A DNA stretch of 57,459 nucleotides, the filler included, from Dirinaria sp. TL-2023a (taxonomy: Eukaryota): the NCBI GenBank assembly GCA_051941275.1. It is 7 parts of 7 records of this genome, joined end to end, with 100 filler letters (N's around TTAATTAATTAA, not from the genome) between each part and the next. Parts side by side here need not be neighbours in the genome. Positions count along the whole stretch, not along the records: positions 32,952 to 41,056 come from JAVEBF010001232.1; positions 41,157 to 49,258 come from JAVEBF010001233.1; 5 more parts are not named here. One strand, given 5' to 3'. The position numbers were made by a program, and so were the translations under genes. Each line of letters begins with the position of its first letter. The stretch's first letter is position 1. Below are positions 34,718 through 47,819 of this stretch, one piece after another. The notes beneath the pieces are model-generated. The model was not told the origin of the DNA, searched no databases, and saw only the letters and a list, made by a program, of their open reading frames with translations.

Positions 34718-35690
34718 GGTGTCTTATTGCTAATGTCAGTCTTTGGATTGATGATAAGAAGTTGAAGTGAGTCAGTAGTAGTGAGTTGATGGAAAGATGA
34801 GGATGAGGACAGGTTGGAGGTGGAGAGAGTAGGCGGCTTTGGGGAGGGGGCAGTGCCGAGACTGCGTAACTGCGTCAGGTAATTCAGTAGTAACTGATAC
34901 CGTAACCAGACACACAAGGGTGAAACGGCGCTAATCTCGATTGGAATGTGCCTTGGCACTTCTAAGCGATCCTTTGTCCGCTTCACGCTTTTACTACTTG
35001 ACTCTTTGACGGCTGAAGTTAATGGAGTAGAGGAATAAAGTATGCGCCATGTCATAATATAATGTGATCATCAAATTCACACAGATTATTCTTCTAGAAT
35101 CGACAACTGGTGTTGAAAGAGTAAAGTAAGGTAAGTTCTCGGTAGTGACATTTAATGCTCTACAGGACCAGCAGGAAAGGGAGTACTACTGTAAAGGAGT
35201 AGAGAACGATGAAGAACAAGCTGTCATGGGTGCTTCTCGTACAAAGCATTCGCCACAGCGCCTACTCTCAAGTAGAGTAACGAGGCACCTTTTAGCCCTG
35301 TTGCATGAAACCCCTCCTCGAAAATCTCGAGACTAGAAGATGCATGCAAGATCTACGGGTCGTGATAACCACAGTAGTCAAGGCTCTTCTGCCTAAGGTA
35401 GGATATCGCTCGTGAGGCAAAAGTGGTTTGATTTCCTTGCTTCTCTCGAGATAGAAACACACTGTGGAGATCCCATAGACAAACAAGTCTTGAGGGTTGT
35501 ACTAGAAATGGAATGGTAGAACCCCCCGATACTCTAAACAATGCTAGATGTACATGCAATAATGCTCGCTCGAACGCTACAATGATGTGAGGGTGGGCCC
35601 GCCCTCACGAACCGAAAGTAATGGTACAGTGTATGAGTATGGTACAGCAAATCCTTCCCAATGCCTATAGATAATACATGGAGCCGACCA

Positions 35691-37251
35691 TCACCGGGAT
35701 GACTGCTTCGGGTGCTTCGATTCCGCTTCATTGCTCCCGGCCTGTCGACCTCGCTCCAAGAGCAATGTCAGCTGGCTCTGCGTTCGCGGTAGCGCCGAGG
35801 CCTCGTCGTCGTCTGTACCGATGCCAGACGCTGCTGGCCCTCGAGGTTCCAAAGGCGCCGCTTGGTCTGAAAAGGTGACTCTGCCTCCATTTCTACCAGC
35901 ACGCTCCGCCTGCTGACCTGAATCCAAGGTACCAGCCGCTTGGTAAGAAGCCGACGTCGCCGTAGTTGCACTGGGCTTACGCAGCAAGGACGGCAAGGAC
36001 ATGAACGAGGATTGGGCTGATCGGGTCTGCGCAACGAATTTGGACCGAAAGCCTGGCTCGACCAAGGCGCTTCGATGTTGCGGGATTCTTGAGCTTGTGC
36101 TCATTGATGATGCTTCTGTTTCGTGCGTTTCCGCTGGAGAGCTGAGATCGGTCTCAATAGCCTCCTCGGACGTGAGAGGAGTTTCTTGTGACTCCTCTCC
36201 ATGCTCCATAACCAGTGTATCTTTCAAGGTAGGGACGATAGAGGTTGAAGGGCGAGGGGAAACGGTACTGGAAGCTGTGCTAGATGAAGATTGTGAGGAT
36301 TGTCGTCGCATGAAGACTGGTCGCTTTCTGTTGGCAGGCGTGCTCGCGTAGTACACCCCCCGTTTTCGCGCCTTTCTTTTGGGAGTTTGATGGCTGCCGC
36401 TTCGATTCCCTTTGACGGTATCTTCGCTACTGGCGCTGACCACGGTCGCAACAGACGTTGGACTACCCGGCGGTATTGTCTCGCTATCGGCGCGGAGCAT
36501 TTCCGGCTTCGGTGGCGGTCCTGATCGTTGGAAAGCTTCAATGTACGATCTACTGGGCTCAGCCCGTCGAGCAGTAGGTGGAGGTGTGGGTGTGGGTGTA
36601 TTCTCATCGTCTCCGTCTTCAGGGAGAAGTTTGGGCCGTCGAGCTTCAGGCGGTGAATGTCCGACTCCTGAATCTTCTGGCCCTTCTCCCGACTGCAACG
36701 CATACCTTGCCCGTCGCGCGGCCGGGATGCGTCGGTCTTCTTCAGAACGTGCCACGGCTACTTTAACGTTGCCCGAATGCGGCATCGGTTCAGCCGGAGG
36801 TCGGCTCACAAGATTGCGATTGCTCTGGTCTCCAACCTTGATGGTTTGTTGCTGGGACTGCGGTTGGGGAATATGCCTCGTGCTGTAGTCTCCTAAAACT
36901 CTCGAGGCTCGAGGAGACTGGGTGGGAGTTGTGCGAAGAGGGCCTTCCTCTGATATGGCGTCGAATAGAACAGCCACTTGACAGCCAGTGATATTCTTCA
37001 ATATGTGATCGCTACTCCATAATCTCCAAAAGAAATTCTCCAGTCGTCGACCCGCGCCATCCGCAAGAAGTCTGCGGTTCGTAGAGTATGCTGTCAAAGG
37101 TTGCCTTAGTACGAGTACGTCCTGTGTGCCCAGCTGGAACGATACCTTTCCACAATTTGATGATGTCTGCCACGTCAACGTGGTCAACGCTTTCGATCTC
37201 TCCTGTGATTGTCTCACTGGTTGTGACCAGCCCCTCCGGTAGGCCTGCCAT
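35691..37251 (-). CDS. Protein with AreA N-terminal / DUF1752 (RLEN..WR) motif and long disordered tail
   Basis: Exons 37251-37146 and 37090-35691 (intron GTATCG..ACTAAG..CAG). Product IIKLWK|AYSTNRRLLADGAGRRLENFFWRLWSS; C-terminal LVEPGFRSKF and LPRTQSQLTLLLE motifs. Confidence 0.8.
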
Positions 37252-39978
37252 GCTGCGATGCTCGCTCTATGATGGAGCGTCCTTCACAGGATGGGAGATC
37301 CACATATTCCCCATTCGCCACCCCTGGAGTCCCAACCGTGGGTCTCTCCGTATACCTAGTAGTCTTACGAGAGCCTCGGCTACGCTAGGCTCAACACTCT
37401 GACAGGCACGCTAAGAATGAGCTGGTAATCAGATTGGGTCATGGCTTCAGTGTGCAGGCGACCATGGACGGAAGCTAGGAGGAGATAGACGTGAGGGTAC
37501 GTATGGGAAGGGGGAGATGAGGAAAATTGCAGTGTTGCTGCCGCTCAAGGAGGATGAGATGCAATAATGCTTCCATAGCTCATCAGGTAAGGTAGGTAGG
37601 AGGGTAGATAGAAAACCATCTTACGTCAGGGCAAGTCTGGATCGTCCCGGACTGGATTATTAGGAACGAGACAGCAGGAAGTCAGCTGGCTCGACCTGCT
37701 TCTCGGCAGATGGAATAATATGGATCTACCAGGTTTTTGGGTGCCTGAACCTGACTAGCCAGTGGTCTCCTGATCTTAATTCGCAGATGCAGTGCCCGCA
37801 TTCGGGGACTGGCAGAGGGTCATGGCCAAGATGGAGGTGCGGCTTGCGGACTATTGTCGCCCTTGCAGGCTTTAGAACTTTCCATTCCATAGCCTTTTGG
37901 GCGCTTTTCCGGTTGAAGGTTCCTGGATCAGGTGGAATAGTGGGATCATAGTGGATACTGGATACTGGATAGCAGCGGTGCCGGACGAGACGACAACCAA
38001 TCAGCCGAGTCAGCCAGCACACGACAAGATAGCTGACGGCGCCGCGGATGGGGGAAAGAACCGCGCAGGTGGTTTCGGAGGACTGACTACGAACACACTA
38101 AAGAAGGGGGGATCTGCGGCGCAATTTGGGCTTACGAGCCTACAACTCCTCACGTGGTCGCTCTCCTGAACTCACGCCCTGCATTAATCTTTTCTTTGGC
38201 TTTAAGTTCAACTTTGGGCTGCTCTCTGGCGGTCAGTGACGGAGTAGTCATCTATGAATAATCGACTCCTTTGCCCCCAGCGCAGTGGCCCATTGTGTCA
38301 TATGTGATAGCGCTATTGCTTCTCGCATCGAAGGAGGACAGCAAATCAAGCAGGCTCAGTGGCTCACGCTCTCCTCGCGACCAATCCGTTTCGGTCGCTG
38401 CCAGAATCAGAATTGATCCACGCATTTTTCCGCGTGGCGATTCTGCAACCGACGGTCATCTGCTCATCGGAATCTTCATCGTCTATGCTGCTACCCGCGT
38501 CGCTTCAAGGGAGCAGCGAATTGGCCTTTCCGGCCCCTACACTACTACTGGGGCAGGTTATCAATATCGGCCGCCGGCGGCGGCCAGGCGGAAGACTATT
38601 AGATGTAAAGGCTGCCGCTACTTCAAAGATGATACATACCAGGTACTAGAATATAGGGTGCACGGTATTCGAGATTCGGCAATCGCCTCGTGGAGCCCCT
38701 GTCGTGCCTGCAGATCATTCAGCGGCAATGGCTGGTCTGCCTCGTGCTCCTTTGACGATCACACCATCCTACACAGCTTACATATGGCGGTCAGACTTAT
38801 CTAGTGCCTATCAGCGGTCCGAGGCGTTGTTCTACCTTGATCCGCGGTCGCCGGCTCCTCGACGTGGCTGATGTTGTAATCCAGCATCTCCAGCATTTGT
38901 GCATAAAAGAGTTGATCGACTGACGTTTACACTCAACATATATGTGTAGTGACATTAACTTGTTCTGAAAATCATCAATTCTGCTTGGAAAGATTCCCGC
39001 TCGAGATATCAGGTTAATCAAAGCTCTGATAAGGACCCAAGAATGGCGCCACACCTCAGACAGGGCGATAGCTTTCTACTTATACGGAGTAGCATGGGAG
39101 TCGTTGACGATCACTACTTCCGATCCTTGTTCAGGTAAGGTAGACATACATCCAGCCTTGTTCCCTCTAATGCTACATCATCATCGCCCCCAAGGCGCCG
39201 GCGTTACACAGGAGAGTTACATTTCTTCCTCTTCCTTCCAGGGTTGTGATCAAGGTATGTTTCTTCCTATTTGGTGCGGGCGTCTTATCTTTGAGAGGAT
39301 CCTGAGTCTACAACTTGATTTCGAAGAAGCACAAGTTCATGGTCCCTAAGTCGTTCGTATTTACCAGCGTAATAAGTCAAAAAGCCCTTACATGCCATAA
39401 AAATTTCCATTCACAGCTTTACTTCGCTCATTTGGCAGGATGCGAAGACCCGGCGCCTGCTTGCTAAAGTCACGTGATCACGAGAAGCCTCTTTAGGTCC
39501 TTGGGAGCCACAAATACAAAGCCATATAGCTACCTTAATAGATTATCAAGTCTTGAGCTCTAGAGTTTCTAACGGGACTAAAATTTCCTTTGGTTAAAGT
39601 TGTGTTGAATAGTTTGCCTCCGTCCTCGCTGTTGACCTTCTGTGCATCCTCGTGTTGCTCTCCAGCATGCAGTCTTCTTTCTTCTTTTCTAAAAAATGGC
39701 GCTTTTGGCGGTGGCCACATCACTCCGGCCATTGAAGATGTGTGAAAGGAGGACCGTGTTCTATTTTTGCGTGTTGTTTACCGCAAGCGTCCATTCCACA
39801 CCTCAGGAATGTACCACAACCTAATCTCTTTATATCGCCCAAACATTACGCGAGTCTTCCTTTCCCTCCCTCCAACCCATCTGCACTCTCGTTCTCAACC
39901 TCCGTGTGTGCTTCAATTTATCATCAGAAAGATATTCGGAAGTCACTCGTTTCAAGCCAAACCACACAGTACAGCAAG

Positions 39979-40818
39979 ATGCGTTTCTCGAAGCAAATCC
40001 TCGCCGCCGTGACTTTGGCCGTCCCCTTCGTCTCGGCGCAGAGCCTAGCTGAACTACCTGCCTGTGCAGTAAGCTCTCCCTGCGTGCTCCCAAGCAAGTC
40101 CCCGACAACCGGTCAAAACTGACCAAAACTACAGCTCACTGCCGCCACCTCCGGTATCTCAGCCACAGGCTGCAAGGCCACAGACTACAGCTGCCTCTGC
40201 CGAGCGACATCCTTCTTGACGGCTCTGCAAGGCCAAGTATCGACGTCATGCAGCGCATCTGACTATGCCAGTAAGCCAACCCCCTCTGCAAAATCTCCCA
40301 CCCCCAAAAACAACCCAGGTGGAAGAAAAGAAAAAAAAAACTAACAAAAAAAATCTCCCGCAGCAACCCTTTCCTTCGCCCAGAAAGCCTGTTCCAACGT
40401 CGGTATCACCCTCTCCCTGCCCTCCTCCGCCGCCGGCCCCGCGAAGCCCGTCACTAGCGCAACAAGCCCTTCAGCAGCGGCAGCAGCTGGCCACGACGCC
40501 ACTTCAAAGAGCAGCAGCAGTCCTCCTGTCACTGTAAGTCCCCTCTTTTTTGCTCCGTTTCCTCCACCCACAGAAAAAAAAACAAAAAAGTTTCAAAAAA
40601 ACACGCGCCGCTCCTAACGCAAGAAACCCCCTCAGGTCCCAACGACGATTACAACCCCGCTCTCGTCCTCCTCCTCCAACGGCACCGGCAGCAACAACAT
40701 CACGAACGGCACCAGCCCGCCCGTCGTCCCCTTCGAAGGTCTCGCCACAAGTAATACCTTCCAGTGGGCCAGCGTGGCGCTTTTGGTCGGTACCGTGGCT
40801 GCGTTTGCGGGGCTGTAG
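39979..40818 (+). CDS. GPI-anchored CFEM-domain protein (6-Cys variant)
   Basis: Exons 39979-40068, 40135-40270, 40364-40533, 40636-40818. Signal peptide MRFSKQILAAVTLAVPFVSA; CFEM QSLAELPACA|LTAATSGISATGCKATDYSCLCRATSFLTALQGQVSTSCSASDYA|TTLSFAQKACSNVG; S/T/A stalk; GPI-type tail PFEGLATSNTFQWASVALLVGTVAAFAGL. Mostly missed by the ORF track. Confidence 0.88.
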
Positions 40819-41056
40819 AAAGAGAGAGAGGGGGTGTGTGTGTGTGTGGGGTATGAAGAAAGGAAAAGAGAAGAAAGACGCGGCAGATTTTTGTGCTTTG
40901 TCTGTAAAGTACGCTCTTTTTTTTTTAGATATGGCTGCTTGCTTGCCTGCTTGCCGGGGGGAAATGGGGAGGGGTAATAGAAGAGAACTCATTTTCCTTG
41001 TTTTAGACTGCATGTTTTGTGGTTTTTGTTTTTTCTGATGCGGTGCATGTATGCAT

Positions 41057-41156
41057 NNNNNNNNNNNNNNNNNNNNNNNNNNNNNNNNNNNNNNNNNNNN
41101 TTAATTAATTAANNNNNNNNNNNNNNNNNNNNNNNNNNNNNNNNNNNNNNNNNNNN
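41057..41156. other. Artificial contig-joining spacer
   Basis: 44 N + TTAATTAATTAA + 44 N. Confidence 0.98.
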
Positions 41157-41821
41157 GGATTGAGAGGAGGGGGAGGGGGATTAAGCATGCTATTGTGAGG
41201 GTGCATTGTAACATTTCTTAGAATCTGACACAACGTCAATAATGTTGAAACCCTTCAAACAAGGAGAAAGAAAAAAAAAACGATCAAATTAAAAAAGCAC
41301 CTAAAACCCTCTCCCAATCCATCCATCCATCCATCCATCCACCTCCCCACCTAATAATCTACACCAAAACTTAAAGACATAAAACAACTCTCCACGAACC
41401 GTCGAGGCGAAAGTAGTCTCTACAACCATTTCTTAGAAAAATTATTATTGATATTTATCTGAGGCTGTATGTACATACGGACCCGAAACTGGAATGGTGT
41501 TGGGAAGAGATTTTTTAACTTTTTGGGGATATATCAAGTGATTTTAAATTCAGGAGCTTCTTTCAAATAATGTAGGCTGTAAATTTGCTCCGGTGGCGTG
41601 CGTACTTACATATAGAGTGAGTGGTTTACTACTGACCTAAGGTAGGGAGGGGTGTAGGATAGTGGAATAGCTGTGGGATATTTTTTTCATGTACGATATC
41701 AAGCGATCGAAAGATGGGGAACCACTCCGATCTATTTGGCCTTTGTTTCCATTTATCGTGATTCACACAACACAAAATCTATACTCTATCTCTGAATGTG
41801 AGAGTGGACGATGCCGAAGGT

Positions 41822-42747
41822 CTAATATCCCCACCGCCTTGTTTCCCTCTGCTCGGCAGGCCAAAGCACCCACGCAGTCGCAATACCAGTCTTTATGGTG
41901 GCCGCCACCCACATCGCGATCGTGATACGGCCGGTTCGTTTCGTGATCCAGCCGCCGGTGATGGCTCCAATCAAGAGCGAGGAGAAGCCGAAGAACCTTC
42001 GGTTGCGGATGGCGTTCTTCGTCGGCGGTGCCAGCAGATGAGGGTCGGAAGCGAAATCGTATAGTAAGATGGAGATGACCACTGTCGGGACCTCGGCGAA
42101 CTTCATGTCTCTGCTGAGGCAGACTTGGCCCGGTGCCTGAAAGCTCAGAAGAGCGATGGGGATCAAATGGATCCAATCGATATCGTCGCCGATGAACTCG
42201 AGTCGGCCTTCCACGGCGCCGGTCTGCACTATGATGGCGGAGAAAAAAATAATGCCCGCTTGCAGGAGGAACGAGTATAGTAGTGTGCTTCTGCGCGATG
42301 GCCCAAGACGGCGGTTAAAGCGTGAGAAAGAAAATGCGCCGATCAGGAAGAAGACAAGAGAAACGATCGATTTAGCCCAGCCGTATGGTCTATCCGTTTG
42401 GTCGAAATTAGAGGCACCGAGACCGAGGAACATCGTATTGCCTGATAATCAAGTAAGTGACTACCACAAGGTCAGAGGAGGCGGCTAGAAGTACCAGTCT
42501 GCATGGACACGAAGGTACGATATGCATTGAAGATTGTGCTGTCTAGAAGACCTGTCGTGAACCAGCAGAAAAGTAGTACGTAGTCGGCGTTGCTGTTGTC
42601 GATCGTCGATTCAAAATGTCGACGAAAGCGTCCCGGGGCCGACTTCTCTGTCGTTGCTGAAATCGGGCTGCATTCTTCCAAATCCTTGGAATCGGGAGGC
42701 GGTACAATCTGATTGTCGAGGGGCGGAGGTTGACTGAGCTCAGACAT
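41822..42747 (-). CDS. DUF1275 (YoaK-like) membrane protein
   Basis: Exons 42747-42495 and 42441-41822. Signature FTTGLLDSTIFNAYRTFVSMQT|GNTMFLGLG, plus LLSFQ..GQV..SR..EVPTVV and NRR.....LLIGAITGG. Confidence 0.88.
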
Positions 42748-42935
42748 ATCTAGGGATAGGAGTACTGTTTTGGTGGTGTCCTAATTGAGCAGTTCAACAG
42801 ATGTAGAAGCGTTGCCTAAAGTCAAGCAGCTGTGTCGATATCGTTGATAGATTTGCTCGAACTTGCCCAAGGCTCGAAAAGAGCGATGAAGTCGAGTGTA
42901 GCTAACGTGTTTCGCAATGAATTCCGTGCTGTTGC

Positions 42936-43830
42936 CTAGATTGCGCTTGGGAAAGACTGAGAATGCATGGCGATTCTGAATCCATATCTTGACTCCTTTA
43001 TAAAGACTCTCAGGGCAAATTCCCGGCTCAACATGATCCCGATAATTATGAATCGCAAACCGATGAACATGTAGAATCCCGACCAGGCTGACCGATGAAA
43101 GCGTCCTTCTTCAATCGTGTTGGAACAAACGCCGAATCCTATGCATAATCGTACCAATATCTGCTGAACGGTGGGTCCGCCAAGTCGGAGTCCAGCCGAG
43201 CAAAAATCTTGATGGCGACGCGGGGCACAAGCGTATAGATTCCATATGATGAAAATTTGACCTACATTCAAGCCAAGACTCCCAAGCTATTCTAAGCAGT
43301 GTAGCATGAAATAATGAGGGATACCAGGAACCAGTGGCCTTCCATCCGGGCGCGGCTGTGCTCCGCATGGGAAGGAATGCGCGACAGAAATTTATCACAT
43401 CAGGGTGTAAGCTAGCAGAGCAAATGTTCGAATGCCTCGAACGCATTCTAATCTTTTCATCACGGCTCGGCACGATTCCTTGCGCTATTAGCGCCTCGGC
43501 GCGCTTGTCTTCAAGGCTCTTCTTTTTCGTGGACGATGTGGGGGTTTGGCTGAGCACACACGCAGACTTCTTGGCCGTGACATGCTTCACTTGGCTGCAT
43601 GAAGAGCTTCCGGGCAGCATCACCCGGCGGTGCACTGTTATCAAAGTACAGTACACAGCCCCTGATACGTCACCCGTTCCCGCTCACTTTTGGCAGGATG
43701 CTGCGAGCAACACAAGGGATCGTGCAGGTCGTAGCGCCGAGTGAGCAGTAAGGACTTCTTCCACCTACTGTATCGAGCACAGAGCGCAGCCTCGCGGAGG
43801 CGCAATTGATTTTTACTTTCCGGCCCATCA
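42936..43830 (-). pseudogene. Possible heavily decayed MFS/sugar-porter pseudogene
   Basis: Fragments in changing frames, in the expected order: DTVGGR/SLLL/GATTCTI, MLPGSS (LPESP-like), a charged loop, LNVGQIFIIWNL..RR, AWSGFYMFIGLRFIII..SREFALRV. Weak pattern match only. Confidence 0.25.
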
Positions 43831-44920
43831 ACCACGCGTCACCTGGCGTAACATTTTGATAGCATGACAGAGGGTGAGCATACCTGAGGTACAAAAAGCC
43901 ATATCGTGGCACAGCGCATTCGCTCACTCCAGCATCGAAGCTTTGGAAGCCAACCCTTTTCTGAACGCCAAGGCTAGGCTTGCATTATTCAAACCATCCC
44001 TGAATGTGATAGAAGATCGTCTCCAAAGGCTACAATCGAAGTTAGAATGGTGTCAGTCACTGTCGAGAGGTGACAAGTCTTGTAGTGCTGAGCAAGCCCA
44101 CGCGTCGCAATACCTTCAGTCAAAGCTCATTTGCGAGTCATTGCGGGTGGAAAGACTTGGCCTGTGTACTTGGCAGCATTCGTTGCCACTCTGTAGGGCG
44201 CAACGCGTCGTTGCCAATTTTCACCATGACAACAATAATGCAAAATACCTTAGCTTGGAAAATTCTGCTCGGTCCCCACAGCGGGAGCGTCGGCTGTTTC
44301 GGATCCTTCACTCAAAGCTTGAATGTGAAGTTCGAGTCCCAGCTCTTCCCATTGTCTTGCTGACACGGGTTTTGTTCTAATGGCCCATTCGGTTCTATTT
44401 CATTCCAACCGACCTACGCCCAAAGGCGCTCTAGAGACACACCAGCAAAGCAGACTAGCAGAGAGCTCCAATCCGACGAAAAGCAATTAACTCAACTTGG
44501 CAAATTGCCTCTATGCGTAACGCCATTTCCGGTATTAAAAAATGATATCAATGTAAGGTAGAAGATGAGATAAGCCTTATCCGTCCGCTGCGCTTGTCCT
44601 TGAGCTTCTTACGTGAATGCAGCAAAGATAGAACATAAGCGAATGCTTCTTTGATGAAAGGATAAAATTAAGAACCAGGTAAGACTTTGAGGTCTTCAGG
44701 ATGCTGACGAAGAAGGATACTGGTAAGAGGAAGGTCCAAGGCGTACCCTAGAAGACCCAGATAATAGTTCCAGATGAAGAATCTGTTGGGAATACTGCTC
44801 GAAAGATTCAGGTAGCCAAGTAGATAGATCAAGATATTCTAGAGGTTGATGTAGGAAAGATAGTATTGAAGTCGCGATCAATAGAAGGAAGTATATAGAG
44901 ATTAGGTATACGCATGTTGA

Positions 44921-46158
44921 TTATTTCTTCCAGACAGTGTGAAAAAACTCGATGACGACGTCAGCCAATGCAACAGGATTTTCCCAAGCGGCAAAGTGCC
45001 CGCCCTTCTCATGCTCTTTCCAGAATACAATGTTGGCAGTCTTCTCAGCCCAGGACCTTGGCACCATCTCCATTTCACCTGCAAAAGCACTTACACCAGT
45101 AGGGGTAGTTTCGTACGGGATATGATCTTTTTGTTCGGCACCGTTCTCCCGGTACATGTGGAAACCGGTTGTGGGCCCAGGAAAGTAATGGAGCAGAGTC
45201 CACGTGATTAGCTCTCGAGAGGACCAAGGGTAATTATCTGACCAAGTATATAGCTTATCCATCATCCATGCCAGCATACCCACTGGAGAATCATGCATTG
45301 CGACGCCCAATGTTCTTGGGGTTTCATTTTGCGCCATATAATAAGCGAACTGTCTTGTTGCGAAGTGGTGCTGCTGCTCGATAGACCTCTTTTCAAAGGC
45401 AGTGTACTGCGGCTCTTGGTCGAATTTGGGTTTTGGCATTGTGACCTGTGTTACGGTCAGCCCTAGTTGCTGGCTTCCACGAAGAGGTACACTAGCCAAG
45501 TTGATGTGATTTATATGCACCGCCTTGACTGCTTCTGGATACAACCTTCCCAGGTTTCTTGCGATGTCTGAACCCCAGTCACCACCCTGCACCACGTAGC
45601 GATCGTAGCCAAGCTTCAGCATGATCTTATGTAGTGCTTCGGCATCTTTCACATTGTCGAAGCCTGCTTTATCTGCGCAAGTTGAGAAGCCATAGCCAGG
45701 CAGCGACGGTGCAATCACATGAAAGCCGTTCTGCTGCAGCATCGGGATCATTTTGGTGACTTCTATAAAGGACCCCGGCCAGCCATGTACAAAAAGTAGC
45801 GGCACCGCGTTTGGATCTGGTGCAGGCGAATGCAGAAAATGCATCTCTAGGCTTCCAAAGCCGTCTACCTCAATCTGACATGTATACTGTGGAAATTTGT
45901 TTAAACTGGCCTCCTCCTCGCGCCAATTATAACTTTCTCTCCAGTACTGTATTAGATCGCTGAGCTTCGGTATCGTTACGCCATTTGTTTCACCCCATTG
46001 CTCGTCATTGAGGTTGGCCGGTACGCGAGTGAGCTCAAGCTTACGAGAGAGTAGGTCGAGCTCGGACTCTGGAATGTTGATCTGTTATGCTCATTGAGCA
46101 TCGTTGTTCGCCACTTTGCACATTGTCTTACTCGAAAAGGCTCAATAGAACTGTCCAT
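44921..46158 (-). CDS. Microsomal-type epoxide hydrolase (EHN domain + alpha/beta hydrolase)
   Basis: Exon 46158-46132 (MDSSIEPFR), intron to 46082, then INIPESELDLLSRKLELTR..YWRESYNWREEEASLNKFPQY..HFLH..LLFVHGWPGSF..PSLPGYGFS..QGGDWG..HDSPVGMLAWM..GGHFAAWE. A second, in-frame intron probably ends at 45446 (donor GCTAGT at 45496 or GTACCT at 45490). Confidence 0.93.
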
Positions 46159-46739
46159 GTCTCAGATGGAGCGGCCGAAAGTCGTCAACTGCCAATTTCT
46201 CGGTGCTCCTAGGAAAAAGCCGTGTATCTTAAAAATTGTAATGGGAGTTTGATCTTCTAGTGTAGGTACGTACAGTACTTTGTCTGTTTGTCGCTTTCGC
46301 CAAGGAAACTTGAATCCGAGTGCTTACTAATGAATTCTTGGCATCATTCCCACCAGACTGACCGGCTCGGACCGGGTTGGCTCGAGAGTCAGGTCACGGG
46401 ACTACGCGCGTATAAACAATTTTCCGAATCTATACCATCACAGGCAGCAACGAGGAACTGGACAGCGACAATGCTTGATCTGCTTGAGGTCAGGAAGAAG
46501 CTCGCGAAGCGTCTATGTCAGAGCTCAGCAAAAAAACGTGGCTTCGGTATCTGCTCATAACAGAGGAGAACATCATCCGTCCTGGATTTCTTTTGCCAAC
46601 TTCCTAGGTACCGACCAACCACTCCAGCCAGAAACAGCAATATAAAACACTTAGCAAAATCATTCAAACTCCCCTGAATTTGCACGAGTGGGTGCTAGAA
46701 GAGAGCAATGAGTTCTAAAGGTAGCCTACAGCCGGATGC

Positions 46740-47460
46740 TCAGTTGGAAGATATGTTCTTCTCCGATCTCACCTGTGGATATCTGACCATCAACCAGGTC
46801 CTGTGCACGCCGTCCAGTCCCAAACTCGTCAAGTCCAGGTCTATGACATATGCCTCCTCAAAGCCACAGTTCTTATACAATCGATATCCTTCAGGCGAGG
46901 ACTGGAGAAACGTCGGAACGCCATGGCTATCAGCAAACTCGCAACCCCATCTTATCATTGCGGTACCTGCCCCACGACCTTGATACTCAGGGTGGGTTAT
47001 AAGATTCGACAGGTCTACAGTTGAATTAGTGAACCAAGTCTGCCTGTCCAATACTATGACCCCTACAGCAATGCGGCGTCCTGCCAATGTGCTCGATGCG
47101 TCGTTTTCGCACGGTACCATTCCACATCGCTAGTCCAGCAGGATCAGCCCCTGGCACGGCGGTCCTAGAGCTTGGAATTGCATTCAAGTACTGTGAGTTG
47201 TCTTTATGGTAGAAACGCCATCTTGCAAACGCGATGGGCTTGTCGTTGTCTTCCTTATCGTCTATCACTTTGATATTGCGCACGCTTGGGTCTTCTTGCA
47301 TCTCTTCTAGCACGGATCTTTCTTGCAAGGCAAGAACTTTAGGATTTCTTCCGTTAGGGTAGAACAGGCTTTCGCCCACGGATCCTTTATAAACCAGGTT
47401 ATCCATGCGTATCATCTCCGCCACGTCGGCATCCGTTGCACCTAGGACTCGGAGTGGCAT
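46740..47460 (-). CDS. GNAT-family N-acetyltransferase
   Basis: Exons 47460-47067 and 47014-46740 (intron GTAGGG..ACTAAT..GTAG). Acetyl-CoA motif YLSNLITHPEYQGRGAGTAMIRWG and LQSSPEGYRLYKNCGF. Confidence 0.9.
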
Positions 47461-47819
47461 CGTGCTAAGTTTGGTCGTCGCTAGCAGCGCACCATGAGTC
47501 GTTTGTTGAAGTCGTCAATATCGAGATAATTTATTGTGTTTTATATTGGCATCGAGTCTCGTCTCAAGAGTCGCTGCATAGTATGATTCACTAACATTAT
47601 CTCGTGAGCCGTTTGCATAGGACAGCGACGACTTGGGACATGACAGAAGTATATGATAACGTACTTTGCAGCGTCCCCGCAATAACCCCGCACAGCGCTC
47701 AAAGATGATTGTAACAAGCCGACCCAATACTAAGGCCATGATGCAACCCTCCAAATCTGACTACGCGCGTCCTGTTCTTCTTACAGCGCCAGTTCAAATC
47801 GAGCCACCTTCCTGCAATC

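Noticed and set aside
38271..38804. 177-aa ORF between the DUF1752 and CFEM genes
   Set aside because: Non-ATG start and no motif or splice support; more likely divergent promoter DNA.
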